Shown in pieces: positions 24,326 through 37,109 of a stretch of 64,000 bases of DNA. The number at the start of each line of letters is the position of its first letter. The first letter of the stretch is position 1. Source of the DNA: Macrostomum hystrix (lineage: Eukaryota > Animalia > Platyhelminthes); the NCBI GenBank assembly GCA_950097015.1, contig CATNEN010000029.1, positions 186,001 to 250,000 on the forward strand, in the 5' to 3' direction. The translations under genes and the position numbers were made by a program. Below the pieces are notes generated by a model. That model made no database searches and was not told the DNA's origin. It saw nothing but the letters and a program-made list of their open reading frames with translations.

Positions 24326-25209
24326 AAATAACAAGACATATACAAGAGCATTCAGCAATAGTTTTACCCAAGACTGCGGTAAAAATGTGGAAAAGAAAAA
24401 AGACAAAATAAAACATCCAAACCTAACGCTGTATAATGTATTTATGTATATAATTTATATATGTAGGTATATATGCTTGAGAAAAGCACGGGTTAAGGGG
24501 TGGGCATGTGCAGCGGGCTTGCAAAATAGAATGATGCTCATACTACTGAATATAGTAGTCATGAGGAGCAGGATTGATAAATTAATAAACAAAAAGTTTA
24601 AGCGGTATTTAGCACAAAAAGCAACTGTTATTTTTTAATTCGGATAAACTAAAAAAACTGTAAAACTGAGGGGAAAAACACACACACATGCGGAATACGC
24701 ACACGGCCTGTACACAACTGTCGCAGTTGTTATAGAAAAAGACAAGATAAATAATAAAACAGCCGTATTATTATAGCAGACCATCATTAAACTGGCTACA
24801 CAGCAGAAGTTTGTTGGTCTAGTCAGAATCACTTCCCAGTCCATGCTATATTAGCAGTTCAAACTAGTGACCCAATAAATCACTGTCATAAAAATGTTAG
24901 GCTTTTAAACGCCTATTACTGTTAGTAAGTAGCAAAACATTTTCAACAAACACACAATATAGACAAATAATACCAAATTGAATTTTGATTTAGCATGCAC
25001 GCAAGCGATAGTGGCAAACGAATGAGAAAAAAAAACAACAATGCACAGGACACAGATAACAATGATTTTGTAGTGGCTAGCTCACATTAGTTAGTTCAGA
25101 CTTTTGTCACGATTGGCACTGAACTAGTGTCACTGAAAATGATACAGATTTAACTTTTTTTTCTAATTTTCAAGCTCTGATTTTGTTCTGTAAATCAGAT
25201 GTCTGAACT

Positions 25210-25505
25210 TCCCGAGTCCACGGACTACTGTGAATGGCTGACCTTTCCCAGTCCACGGACTACTGTGGATAACTGCCCTTCCTCAGTCCACGGGCTACTG
25301 TGAATGGCTGCCCTTTCCCAGTCCACGGACAACTATGGATGGCAGCTCTAACCCAGTCCACGGACTACTGTGGATGGCTGCTCTAACCCAGTCCACGGAC
25401 TGTTGTGGATGGCTGCCCTTCAAAGTCCACGGACTACTATGGATGGCTGCTTTAACCCAGTCCACGGACTACTGTGGATGGCTGCTCTAACCCAGTCCAC
25501 GGACT
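25210..25505. repeat. 35-bp minisatellite (CCAGTCCACGGACTACTGTGGATGGCTGCTCTAAC)n, about 8 units
   Basis: Period 35 (GTCCACGG at 25321 and 25356). It abuts a SINE B head. Confidence 0.9.
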
Positions 25506-25740
25506 GTTGTAGATGTAGTCTAGTGGTTAGAGCGGCGGACTCACGAACTAAAGGTCAGGGGTTCGATTCAAAACTACGCATTAATAATTTTTTACTTTTA
25601 GCAGCTAACTCTGCATTGCTTCACTTAACCCAGGTATTGAGAGTATGTGGAACGCCCAGTCCATGGACTGAACAGTCGTACGCAGCCTTCACATGTGCAG
25701 CAGCACTATAGCTGCGGCTGTGCTGTCGGCTGCATATATG
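25505..25740 (+). mobile_element. tRNA-derived SINE family B copy
   Basis: A-box TAGTCTAGTGG and B-box GGTTCGATTC, then TAACTCTGCATTGCTTCACTTAACCCAG and CAGTCCATGGACTGAACAG shared with 39517 (+) and 51005 (-). Confidence 0.8.
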
Positions 25741-25883
25741 ATCCGATCGGGCATTTTATTTATATTTTTTAATTACTATTATAATAACTGATCAGAAGGA
25801 ACACAATAAAAAGCTGTAACACTTTTATTAACAAGATTTTCTCTTCCATTTATTAAATTTATAGCCTAGGTTATTGAAATGAC

Positions 25884-28800
25884 TCAGGAAGTGGCGCCGG
25901 ACAATTCAACAGTCGGCTGAATGTCGCTCAGTTCAACAGTGTTGGCATCCGCGCCGGCATCGCCAGCGTCGCCGATTTCAGCAGCAACCGCAGCCGCATT
26001 GTCGTGCGATGCGCCGCCGCTATCAGCGAAAATAACTGAGACAGCTTCATCGGCAAAGGACTCCTGTTGCTGCTGTGGCTGCTGCTGCGGCGGCGGTTGC
26101 AGCGAAAATGGTGGCGGATTTTCGCAAATAAACTCGGAAACTGAAGAGGCGGCCGACAATCTCTCCATATAAGGCAGTAGATCGCGCAGCTCAGTGTCCA
26201 ACTGATCTCCAACCCAGGTGCGCACTCGAATCTGCATTGGTTAGGAGCCGAAATCGGGTCACTGTTCACCTACTTTTACAGTCTGCTGATGGCATGCTAT
26301 TCTAGGCATATTTGGAGACGTATTCATAACCATCAATTTCAAGCTAAACTCACAGCGTTCTCCGTGTTAAACATGTAGGAAGCCGGTGAGTTGTCAATAA
26401 TAACACACCGATCTACAGGCCGGCCCAGCTGGGCCAGGTCTTTTACAAAATTGTCACCGTGAAAGACGCACGATTCGCGGAATAGGCGATATTTGAAGGC
26501 CGACCACCGGTCTAGACGGTCAGATACCGGATCAGCGTACTGTGGGATGGTTAGGGATTATAACTGAGGATCTGGGAGGGTTCCGTGTGAGAATCTGAGG
26601 ATTTGAGAGTGTCAGATCACAAAGATACCAACTAGTATCACTGGGTAGAAGCAGTGGTCAGAGCAGTTCTTACCTTGGCCAGGCTAGCGGTGAACAGCAC
26701 GCATTCAAATAGCTGGCCCATTCGCTCCAGGAACTCATCAGTGAAAGGACGCTTGAGCACATAGACCTGGTGCACCAAGCCTTCGATTTCAACGTCAATG
26801 ATGAAATCTGGATCGTCAACGTACTGAAGTGATGCAGATGCGAATTGTGTTAATAAAGAGCGAAGCGTAACTATGAAGTTCCATTATAAAACGGCCAATG
26901 CTAAACGCAAGCTGAAGGTCCCGAAGCTTGGATTGATCCGCTAAAGTTATTTGGGGTGTAGCGGCGGACTTGGGGACTTGTGCAATTTAAGCCTTTTTTA
27001 ACTATTTTACGCCCGAGTACACTGTCACTAAATAAAGTACCAATGCCCCACAGCCCGGGGGCGAGTGGGTCAGCGGCTAACGTCGCTGCCTCGCACTCCA
27101 AAGGACGCTAGTTCGATTCACCCTTCAAGTCACGATTAATTTCGGGACTTGTTGGGGGGGTTTGGACAGTAGCGACCGGCGGAGGTGCACCATATTTCGT
27201 GCAATCAAAGCTTGAAATAATAGCTTCGCTCCTGCCTTCTGTGTGCCTGCTTGTTTGTGTTTGTGTTTGTGCGTTGGGCCGGGTGTGAGGCGTTGTATGG
27301 GGGGTGGGGCGGGTGTGCACCAGCCATGCGTGCTCTGAGCGGCGAGGTTTCACCAGCCGTCTGCGCGCGTGGCTTGGTCCTCTCGTCCCTACCCTTAAGG
27401 CATATAAGTCCTCCCCTGGTTTGGTCAGCTCTGTGCGTGTGCGGGCCTGGGGGTGAGAGGCACTCCGGCTGCCGCCCCCTTCCCCGCTTGGCTTGCGGCT
27501 GTGTATGAGGTGCCTGTGTTCAGGGGTCTAGATGGCGCGATGGGCGACTCCCGCCTAGTTCGCCGGCCTGGGGGCATGCCGTTCCTGCGCTTGTGCGTCA
27601 AGTGCCCCAGGCCCCCCTGCAATTAAGTAAAGTAAGTAAGCCCCACAGCCCTGCACTTAGATCGTATTGTTATTATTTTGGGCACACTAATCCACCTATA
27701 CTAAATTAAGCCCTAAACTCGGACCTTAAATGAGCTGTGCACTAGAGTCTCATCCAGATCGATCACTGCACAAATGCGGTCTCCCAAGTTAGGATCTCGC
27801 GGACCCAGTAGATCAATGGAGAAAGTCTGGCCGCCATTGTGATGATAACGATGGTGCTGCAGGTGTTGCTGCTGCTGCTGCTGCCGCTGATTGCGCCTAG
27901 CAGAGGTGCGCCGGTCCGGGCAGAAACAGCAGAACAGTTCACGAAGTAAGCGGGGTTTGGATCTTTCGCGTGCGGGTGTCACAGCTGTTACTGTTGCTGG
28001 TGCTGTTGCTGGCGCAGCTGTTTGTGGCTTTGTTGAGTCCTCCTGGGCATTTGAACTGCCTTCCTCACTGAGTGCCACCGTGGAATCTCCTATGAATTTA
28101 TATTTTAGTACTACTTTGTCGTTTAGGAAAATAAAAAAGTCATTTATCTAGCAATAAATGTCAACAATGGTGTTAATTACAATGTAAATTCTATTTCTTG
28201 AAGGAAAGAAAAGTTTTTTACAATTAAATAATATTTGTATCAAGACTAAATTTTTAGGATTAAAAGGGTTCTACTACCAATAACATAGTAATTTCACTGA
28301 TATCACCAAAGCTATTGTATGCTGGATTCTTTTATATTACACATCACTTTTTATGCAATTATTAAGAAATATGTATATGTTAACATTTTTGTTTTAAGCT
28401 TTTAGATTTTTTAAGTAACATTGTAGCAATAAAATCTGGCTGAATAGTTTATTCAGGCTTTACAGATTATATATTTGAGAGCCAGTATATATTTCACGTC
28501 TCAGGTCGTGGAATATAGCTGCGACCTGCCAGCGGGCCTAGCAGTGACATGCAGAACATTACAGTACAGCCAGCCCATCCCACCAAGGTAGGGTTAGAGT
28601 GCCGCGCCCACAAGCTGCGGCAGCCAACGGCAGCAAGAACAGAACCCCCAGGGGCCAATGGCGTTAGTCAAGGCTGCGCAGCAGGGACGACCACTCTGGA
28701 AAGTGGACCTGAGGGTTTTAGTGGTTCAAGGAGGCGAGCTGGAGGCCGAGGAAACAGAAGTGGCGCTGGCAGCTTACAAGGAGAGAGAGCAGGCCTACAT

Positions 28801-31620
28801 GGAGAGTGTCATCCAGGCAGTGGCAACGGCCGGGCACGATGTGACGCACCGCACCGTGTGGAGCACTGTCAACGAATTGACAGGGAACAGCGCCGTGCTG
28901 TCGTTAACCTGCCTGGCAACACTGCAGACGAGCGCCGTAATGAGCTGCGGGATTTCTTCTGGGACATCGTAAATGCCCCGCAACCTCCCCACGTTGAAGC
29001 GATGTCGTTTCCACATGACGTGGCTCTGCCGTAGGAGGAGGAAGGAGGACTCCAGGAGAAAAGGCGACAGGTCCAAACAAGATTACCGTCGAGGCACTTC
29101 GGGTTCAGCAGGTGGCCAAGGCCTTTATAAATCAGGTGCTTGGCGCAGGCGTCACCCCAGTCGAACGGACAACATCGCACATGGTTCGAAGCCCGAAACA
29201 ACAAAGAATGAGGAGCACCGCGGTATATCCCTGATGTCCGGCACCGCGAAACTTTTAAATAAGATCCTGCTGATGCGGCTGCAGCCTGTGCTTGAACCGC
29301 TACTGTGTCATGAGCAGAACGGCTTCCAGCCACGTCAGGGAACTACGAACCCGATCCTGGCCGGGTCATTGTATACGCAGCTATGGCGCTCTACGACGAC
29401 ACCATGTCTGCCGTGGTGAGTGGTGACGCCCGAAGGCCTATCGGACCCTTTCAGCACAAACAGACGCTGCTCAGACGAACAAGCAGCCGTCACCCTGAGA
29501 AGCACCTGTCCCTGCTGGACTACACGGACGACATGGCGCAGCTGTCATCTACAGTGGAAGGAGCGTAGAGAATGCTGAACAGGCTGATGGAAGTGGTCGC
29601 AACAGTTGGGCTGATGTCAACATCAGCAAGACGGAAGTGCTAACATGTCTGCAGAGCTCCCAGCTGTTGTATCACCTGCCAAGCTGCCAACAGGCAAACA
29701 GCCATCCTAACTCGCTGCATAGGCTTTACCTACCTCGATAGCATGGTGCCAAATGCACAAGACGACCTTGTATGATGTTGGAGCCTTGCATGAGCAGCAC
29801 TGGAGTCCATTCGCGAGATAATGAGATAATAAACTGATTTCACAGCAAGCCATAGTTATGAAGGTGGCCTTTGCCACAGAAAATTCCAGTGCAAAAAAAT
29901 GTGCTAGGGCACACAACTACAATGCACACTGAGGTCTGCACAGTCACAGTGCAGCATTTAGTGCTGCATGTGTTTGACAAAATGCTTCAGGGTTATTCCA
30001 TGAGAGCAATGGTCGTTTTTGATGCATTTAAAAAAAGCAAACCAGCATATCTCTGAAAAAAACTTTGTAGTCTAGCTGTTTTATTTACAAATAGTATATA
30101 AGGACTTACATTGGAAAATTTTCATATCTAATGGTTCATTTTTGGGGTTGAGACACATTGGAATGTTAGTAATGGTCATATTTGGTGTTTTGGAAGGAAT
30201 CATGTTTTAAAGATTGAAAGTTTTTTTTCTTGCAAAGTAAGTGTATTGTTGCTATTGTTAGTACTTTTATTTGCAAAAGAGTTGTTATTCTTAAGATTGG
30301 GATGTAAAAACATATCATAAAAAATATATATTGTATGAAAATTGAATTGAATTAAAAGATACATTATTTTAAATAAAAAATTCTGATGTTTTTAATAATC
30401 TTTCAAATACTATGACATTATTGTTTCTTTATTAGTTTTTAAAACAATTAGTAAAAAATTTTAACAACATTTTTTATTATGTACTTTTGACTAAGATTGT
30501 ATGTGGTTGTTTTCCAATTAAATGACCATAAATGTAGTTATTTATAGAGCATGAAAAAGCTTTCAAATGACATAATTCATGATAGTTCACTCCTTCAAAT
30601 AAGATTAAACTACTCACTCAAATTGTAAAACCAAACATCAAATTCTCTGTTTGGTTTGAAGATACATGAAAATCATTGTTCGGTTTTAGATGAAAAACAC
30701 AAATAATTTTTTTTCTATTTGACTAAATAGCAAAAGCAGAAACTTTTTAGAAAGATATAACTGTTTTCTATAACTTGGCTTTTGATTTATCATTATATCT
30801 TAAATAGAAAATCTGTAGCTTAGGTTTGAAATAAAAAAACACACATTCTTGTTTGGTTGATGATACATTACCCTATCTAATTGTTTTATTAAAAAATTGT
30901 TTATTGTTTGTTTATTTAAGCTATTTCAAAACCTTTTTATTTATCTATATAGTATTACTTTGGTTATACATACCTTTTTGTGAAAATGTGCCTGATAAGT
31001 TTAAATATGACATTTTCACTATTTTTTGTTTTGACTAAGCAGGAGGGGCCGTTTCTAAATTCCATCTTTGTATTTTATATTACCTGTTTACATGTCTTCC
31101 CACTAAGAAAAAACTCCTAAAAGAACTAGATAAGCATTGTATTCATTATATTATAAGATAAACAGCTAAAATATATCATCCATCATGTTCTTCATATTTC
31201 AATCTGTCTGTTAGTTTCACTACATTACCATTGTTTATCACATATCAATTACTTTAAAGCATATTGCCTTTGTGTTTAATGAATAATTAGTATAGCAGAC
31301 AGTCAATAAATGTGATTATTAACTTCTACAAAAATATTTTTTGTAGACTAGCTAATTCAAGACTAAAACAACATACAACTTTAATTTAGGCTTAACACAT
31401 TAGACAACTATTTTCAGTTAACAGTCACTGAGCTAGTTAAAGTTTTAAACCACTTACCTTGTCTTTGATCAGCATGATTTGCTGATATGGTGCTGTTTTG
31501 GTTATTTAGAGTTGGGCTATTATTTTTTGCATTTTCACATGGGCTTATTTCAACAGTGTTGACATTAACAGAAACAACATGTGGATCATTAACTTGTGTA
31601 ATAATTGATGTGATATCCAT
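25884..31620 (-). CDS. CTDSP: CTD small phosphatase (SCP/CTDSP, NIF/FCP1-like HAD domain); 5 coding exons
   Basis: Exons 31620-31458, 28089-27725, 26823-26674, 26539-26354 and 26231-25884, all GT-AG with consistent phases (1,0,0,0). The N-terminus [10 protein letters not shown] is typical of CTDSP. Motifs: catalytic [50 protein letters not shown] and DTELRDLLP. Confidence 0.93.
27057..27639 (+). mobile_element. Full-length tRNA-derived SINE family C with 12-bp TSD, in CTDSP intron 2
   Basis: GCCCCACAGCCC at 27045-27056 and 27640-27651. The head has A-box-like TGGGTCAGCGG and B-box AGTTCGATTCA, and the 3' tail is (AAGT)n. Confidence 0.8.
28500..29720 (+). mobile_element. Degenerate non-LTR retrotransposon (RTE-like) reverse transcriptase fragment in CTDSP intron 1
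   Basis: [39 protein letters not shown] (RT N-terminal motifs) and [13 protein letters not shown] (YADD-like), with frameshifts, stops and deletions. Confidence 0.8.
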
Positions 31621-34378
31621 TTAGTATAGATAAAAATATCTGAACAAAATTTTTATCCAAGATTAAATTTTTTTTAAGTTTTTTAAATTTTTGTTTCAGC
31701 AAGCTTTATCTTATGTCTTTAAGGTACTTTAGCCTTGCCCTTGTAAATCATTTATTATCAATCAGGTTGGTATTTTCGACTTTGCATTTAAATATTTTGT
31801 GAAAATGGACTAAAACCATTCACTTGTACTAACTTTTTGTTATGCGAAAAAAGCACAACGCTATATCAGCAAGTAGTTCCGTGACCTTGTATTGTAGAGC
31901 TAGCTAGTAGTCTAAGATAAAGAATTGAGCACCAGAAGCAGCCCAAATCTCACATGAATGGGTAATGCCGTAGTAAAAAAACGTTATCGGCACTTATAGC
32001 TAGCTAAAGTTAAAATATTAATACTTTGGTACAAATTTAACCTACAATAAAATAAAAAATCGTTAATACAGCAAAGTGTTAAATTTTCATAAGGTAATTG
32101 GGCTCAACGAAAAAAATCAGAATGAAGACGTTTTAAAATTAATACTAAGAAACTACCATTTAAAACAAAGCATTTTTAGCTGTTAATTCCTCCTTTTTAA
32201 GGTAAATAAAGTCCTTTTTGCATGAACACTTCTAACATTTTAATCCTAGCAATAATCAAACTGCATTATAAGGAAACTTGCTAATTGGAATAGGAAAATA
32301 TATTACTTTGTCTAATGTAAAACGTTATTTACGAACGATAACCAAATGCTGTCTTTTCTCTAAAATTGGCCTAGCTGTACGCATCGTTAGCGTTTTTTTA
32401 AAGCATATTATATTCATTTATGTGACGTAAATTCAATTTTAGCACCGGACAAAAAACTAGCTGAGACTTCGTTTACTCACAAACTCTTAAGAAAGATATT
32501 TACCTCGAGGATTCAAATCTACAGGCAGATTCCAATCGAATGCCAGCAGCTATTTGTGGTGCAGCACATGCCATGGCCAGGGACAAGAAAGAGCATGAAA
32601 ACGCAGCAGGCTTTGCTTTTGGTGGTTGAGGCTTGCTTCCTAGCATCTCATGATGGTAAATAATTTTTGCACGTGCCGTTGGTGACTTGCTATTGTAGTG
32701 TCAGCTTGTTTGTCCTTCTATCTCCCCGTGTTATTATTCAGTGCTTGTTGTGTATTTTAGACGCATGTATTTTTTTAGCTAAAAGTCACCCACACCAAGC
32801 CGGACCGGACCAGCCGGGGGAGCGGAGCGCTACCCCTGGGCTACAGTCCCGGCGATTCAGCAAACGACCCGGCCTCACTACCTGTCGACCCTCGGCAAGA
32901 AGCAACCCCGGGGCTCAGAACGGCGGTCGCGAGTCTACTGTGATTTGTCGCCTTGGCTCTACAGCCAGGCATCCACCTCCCCGATCGACCTAATTTATGA
33001 TTAACACTACTCTATAAAAGGAAGCGTGTTTTTGCAGTGACTTTTTATCGTTCTCCGCAATTCGCCTCACACTATGAGAAGCACGTGCAAGCTAGTCCAC
33101 TTTGTTTTGTCTCGCCCCGCTCGACCACGCTCCGCTTGTTCAGTTAGGTAGCTTTCGGCGCTACGCGTCTTGTCGAGAGTGCGCCGCTGATAAGGGTGGT
33201 CTAGATAGGCGCTTGTTGTCGAAGTCAGTACGTGCTCTCTTCGGAGACTCCGCCGTCACGCAGAAGGAGTGCCAACCGATAGGATCTGTCGGGGCAGCGC
33301 TGAAAGCAGAGACAACCGGAGCCTCTCGGGAAGAGTAGGGCGCGGATTCGGCCAGTTTAAGTAAAATTGTTATATCCAATTTTCGCGGACCAAATTTTGC
33401 TTTTCACTGTGAGCGCGCTATATTTGCTTTCCGTGCGAATATCCTCATTCTGCCGGTGTAACTTTTGAATAAAGTTGAGCAAGTAAACGAGAGTCAAATC
33501 AATTCCTATTCTTATCTGGAGTCGGCGAGTCACAAAAAATAGACTAAATCACTCCCAATCAAATTATTCGAGTCTTCATGTTCATACTGTGTTGTTCTTT
33601 TTTTCATTGGGAGTTTCGCCGGGCCGGAGGACGACACGCGGGTCTCATCGCTTATCTATTCCGCTTGGCTCGCTACCCCAGTCCCTAACGCTATTTATTT
33701 TCAGATTTCCCCTGCTGCTATTGAACCGATTGGTAGAACACCGACCCCGGTGAATAGTGAATAGTCGCAAGCTTTAAATTCCTCACGCTCCAGCTAGGAC
33801 ATTCATTTTATTACACTATTTTAGCTGAAGTTATGGAGGGTCCGAAGAGCTAAGTCTTATCATTTCTGTCTGTGTCCGCTGTCTGCCAGTCTCATTTTTA
33901 TTATCTCGATCTAAAAGAGATCTATCGAGATCGAGGGCCTTCGGTTTATTAAACGCCATTATAACACGACAAAGCGTGTATTTAACGACAAATTTTCATT
34001 TAATCCCAGCTTGGCTATTATAATTCTGTGTATTTATATATTTAATCGGCCTAGGCCAGTCATATAAAATACGATTGCTTATTTAATCGTTAAAAAATTG
34101 TACTATTCTGAGCCGGATGTGTTGTCTATGGTAATTTTTGGTGAGATTATTTGACAAAAACTAGGATATTATATCTTCAAGCACGCAGTCAGCGATATAT
34201 TAATTTCAAATTCTTATTGTAAGCATAATGAAGTCGACACTAATGGTCACAAAAGTCTATGTTCTAAAGACTAATTTTTTGCAGCATCAATTATTGCGTT
34301 CAGATGAAAAAAATATTTAAATCAAAGGAATATGACGGAACACTTTGTGCGAGAACAGATTAACGACAACTAAGTGAA

Positions 34379-34933
34379 ATGAGCTCCTCAAAGCAGGGCG
34401 TCAATCTGGATTTTGTCTTCGGACCTGATTTAGAGCAGCAGACAACCGTTAATGCCGCCTCAACCGGAAAGGGAGAGGTCAGCAGTCTCGCCATTAGCAA
34501 ATCCAATGCCTATCACCAATCCGACAAAGCCTACAGTATGCATTGCGTATCAATAGTCATCCTTTGCATTATCATCTTTAACATGTCGGCCGCAGTTCTG
34601 ATTTTAAATAATTTGGTCATTAATCAGCAAGCCACGTACAGAAAATTCATCACTAGCCCGGAGATGCTTCTCCATCTGCCTTCGAACCGGGCCATCACCG
34701 AGTTTGTTATGTTCGAGAGTCTGGTCGGCGCCTGGGCCTTGCTCATGCAGTACAAGGCCTTGGTGCTGCTGTCTGCTTTTACTTCATCGGTTGCGTATAT
34801 CCTGGTCGAGATTAGCATGCCAGCCTCAAGTGGCATGCTGGACACTAGGCTTCCTTGGTTTAACCTGATGAGCAAGGCTTTCCTCTGCGCGAGGTTCTGC
34901 ATCACATTTAGCTACTGGTTTGGCGATAACTAA
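34379..34933 (+). CDS. Orphan membrane protein, about 4 TM segments, intronless
   Basis: 184-aa ORF in an AT-rich surround with four hydrophobic stretches (about aa 56-81, 109-123, 128-148 and 163-181). No family recognised. Confidence 0.55.
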   Translation: MSSSKQGVNLDFVFGPDLEQQTTVNAASTGKGEVSSLAISKSNAYHQSDKAYSMHCVSIVILCIIIFNMSAAVLILNNLVINQQATYRKFITSPEMLLHLPSNRAITEFVMFESLVGAWALLMQYKALVLLSAFTSSVAYILVEISMPASSGMLDTRLPWFNLMSKAFLCARFCITFSYWFGDN

Positions 34934-35356
34934 TTCGTCTCAAGCGATGTCCCGATGATTTTCCGGACTTTTGAACTTAAACTGCAGTACATGTTGGACA
35001 AAATAAAATCTTTTCCGAGTTTATTTCTGTTGCCTGTTAACAGATTGGAAGTTTAAACAGTTATAAATAATTTTTGTATTTTTAATTTAAAGCCTTCTCA
35101 ACAGTGTCAGCTGAGTTGCATGAGCAGTGCTTATTTACTACAATAATTTGTGTCGGAAAACAACAGATTGTGTTCAACAAAAGGAACCTTAAACAAGTCG
35201 AGTTAGTGTTATTATAATAATTTTAATTACTTTAATTCAATCAAACAAATCAAACAATGTAACAATATTTAAACAAATCATCAATATTCGAGCCATTTTT
35301 GCGCTCGTAGTTTAACTCAGCGGTATAGGCTGAGCTGTGAGCAGCAATTTCTGTGC

Positions 35357-36963
35357 TCAGTTGTCGTACCTCTTTAAGTCGACCCAGCCGTAGGTGTGCT
35401 GGCATTTCCCGCACTGCATTCGCAAGTGCGGAAGCAGCGCGTACTTCATTATGAACGCCACAACGCAGGAAAATATCAAGGCAAGCTGCATCTGGGCGTC
35501 CAGCGTCACCTCCATATCTCCGACAATGTTGACAACAGCGGCGGCGCAGTCGGGCCAGAGTAGTCTGCTGTCGGCGGACGTGACGCAGTCCCATGTCTGA
35601 TTGGGTGCCTTGCCGTAGGTCTGGCAGCACTCGCCGGGCAGGTCGGACGGAATTGGCCATCCAAAGCTGCTCTTGGAAATAAAGCCATTGAAGCAGCAGG
35701 GCAAATTCTCATAGGCATGCAGACTCCAGAAGGAGGTTATGCCCTGTTCCGAGATGGCCGTGCGAATGGCTTCAGCTGACAGCAGCTGCCTGTGTTGGGC
35801 CTGCGCGGGTCAGTGCAGCCACTCCAGCTTCAGAATAAAACTATGATGCCTAACTCAAATATATACAGCCATACAGCCATCTAAACACCTGACAACTGAC
35901 TCTAAACACCTGACAACTGAATCTAAACACCTGACAACTGAATCTAAACACCTGACAACTGAATCTAAACACCTGACAACTGAATCTAAACACCTGACAA
36001 CTGAATCTAAACACCTGACAACTGAATCTAAACACCTGAAAACTGAACCTAAACACCTGAAAACTGAACCTAAACACCTGACAACTGAATCTAAACACCT
36101 GACAACTGAATCTAAACACCTGACAACTGAATCTAAACACCTGACAACTGAATCTAAACACCTGACAACTGAATATATACAGCCATACAGCCATCTAAAC
36201 ACCTGACAACTGAATCTAAACACCTGACAACTGACTCTAAACACCTGACAACTGAATCTAAACACCTGACAACTGAATCTAAACACCTGACAACTGAATC
36301 TAAACACCTGACAACTGAATCTAAACACCTGACAACTGAATCTAAACACCTGACAACTGAATCTAAACACCTGACAACTGAATCTAAATACCTGAGGTGA
36401 ATATCCGACAATGTGATTCTAATCAAGGCTGAAATGCTTACATCGATGTCCAGACGCAGTATGCGAATGCTTCTCTGCATGGACAGGAAAATCTGAAAGG
36501 GTATGGAAACCGTTAGAATAGCCGCAATGGTGAGACAGTGCCTGCGCCGCCTCTCAAGCTTTTGTAGAATCGTTGCCAGGTACCTGCCCTTAACTGGCAG
36601 AATCAGGTAGAAGCTGAGCACCGCGCAGATCAGGCTCATCAGGCCAGACACAACATTCAGCACGCACAATAGAAAGTTGTACCAGGGTGGTTTGAAAAGT
36701 TCCATGTTCACTTGATTCACTTGTTTCATGTTGACAAGAGTGTACAGGCTGGGCACCACAGTGCAATAGATGTTTGCCAGGTAGTTGGCATAGTAACAGA
36801 TGTAGTAGATTACGCAGGGTAGCGGCAAGCCGATGCCTAACAGTATCAGAACGCTGGCCATATTGGGGTGGCTGTTAACGAACTGATAGGACTCTAGCAA
36901 CTGCTCATAAGTGCTGAACCGTCTGATGGACTCTGGCACAATGGGTTGTGTGACTTGTTGCAA
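35357..36963 (-). CDS. Divergent tetraspanin-like protein, 2 exons (334 aa)
   Basis: Exons 36963-36392 and 35789-35357, phase 2 (572+433=1005 nt). Donor CAG|GTATTT; acceptor CACAG|G with a CTGAC branch-like motif upstream. Three TMs are followed by an EC2 with CC (LPCCFNG), PGECC, C and PDC before TM4. Confidence 0.72.
35855..36391. repeat. 21-bp minisatellite (ACAACTGAATCTAAACACCTG)n filling most of the tetraspanin intron
   Basis: About 25 units in two blocks. ATATACAGCCATACAGCCATC marks the low-coordinate end of each block (about 35860 and 36175). Confidence 0.96.
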
Positions 36964-37109
36964 ACAAATACTGCTTTAGCTGCGATATGAGTACGCGCAT
37001 TTTATCCTGCTGCTCGACATTAAAACTTATTAAGGTTCGTAGATTTATAATCCCAAGTTGTTGAGATGACTAAGTTGACTATAGATCCCGCGGGCAAGAT
37101 GCGCTCTCA

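Noticed and set aside
21338-24416. Very long ORFs (685, 965 and 335 aa) in the 30-bp array
   Set aside because: A unit length divisible by 3 with stop-free frames explains them. Two overlapping frames are open at once, there is no unique domain, and a 1-nt deletion interrupts them.
25505-25575. tRNA genes at A/B-box motifs (also 27057, 39517 and 41641)
   Set aside because: No complete cloverleaf or acceptor stem; each continues into a shared SINE body.
32939-33534. Possible solo LTR (TGTGA...TCACA, TATAAAA at about 33014, AATAAA at about 33468)
   Set aside because: No target-site duplication and no second copy in the window; could equally be promoter or 5' UTR sequence of the flanking genes.
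35790-35812. In-frame TGA suggesting the tetraspanin is a pseudogene or uses readthrough
   Set aside because: The TGA falls inside the intron (CTGAC branch-like motif) when the CACAG acceptor at 35790 is used, giving an intact 334-aa frame.
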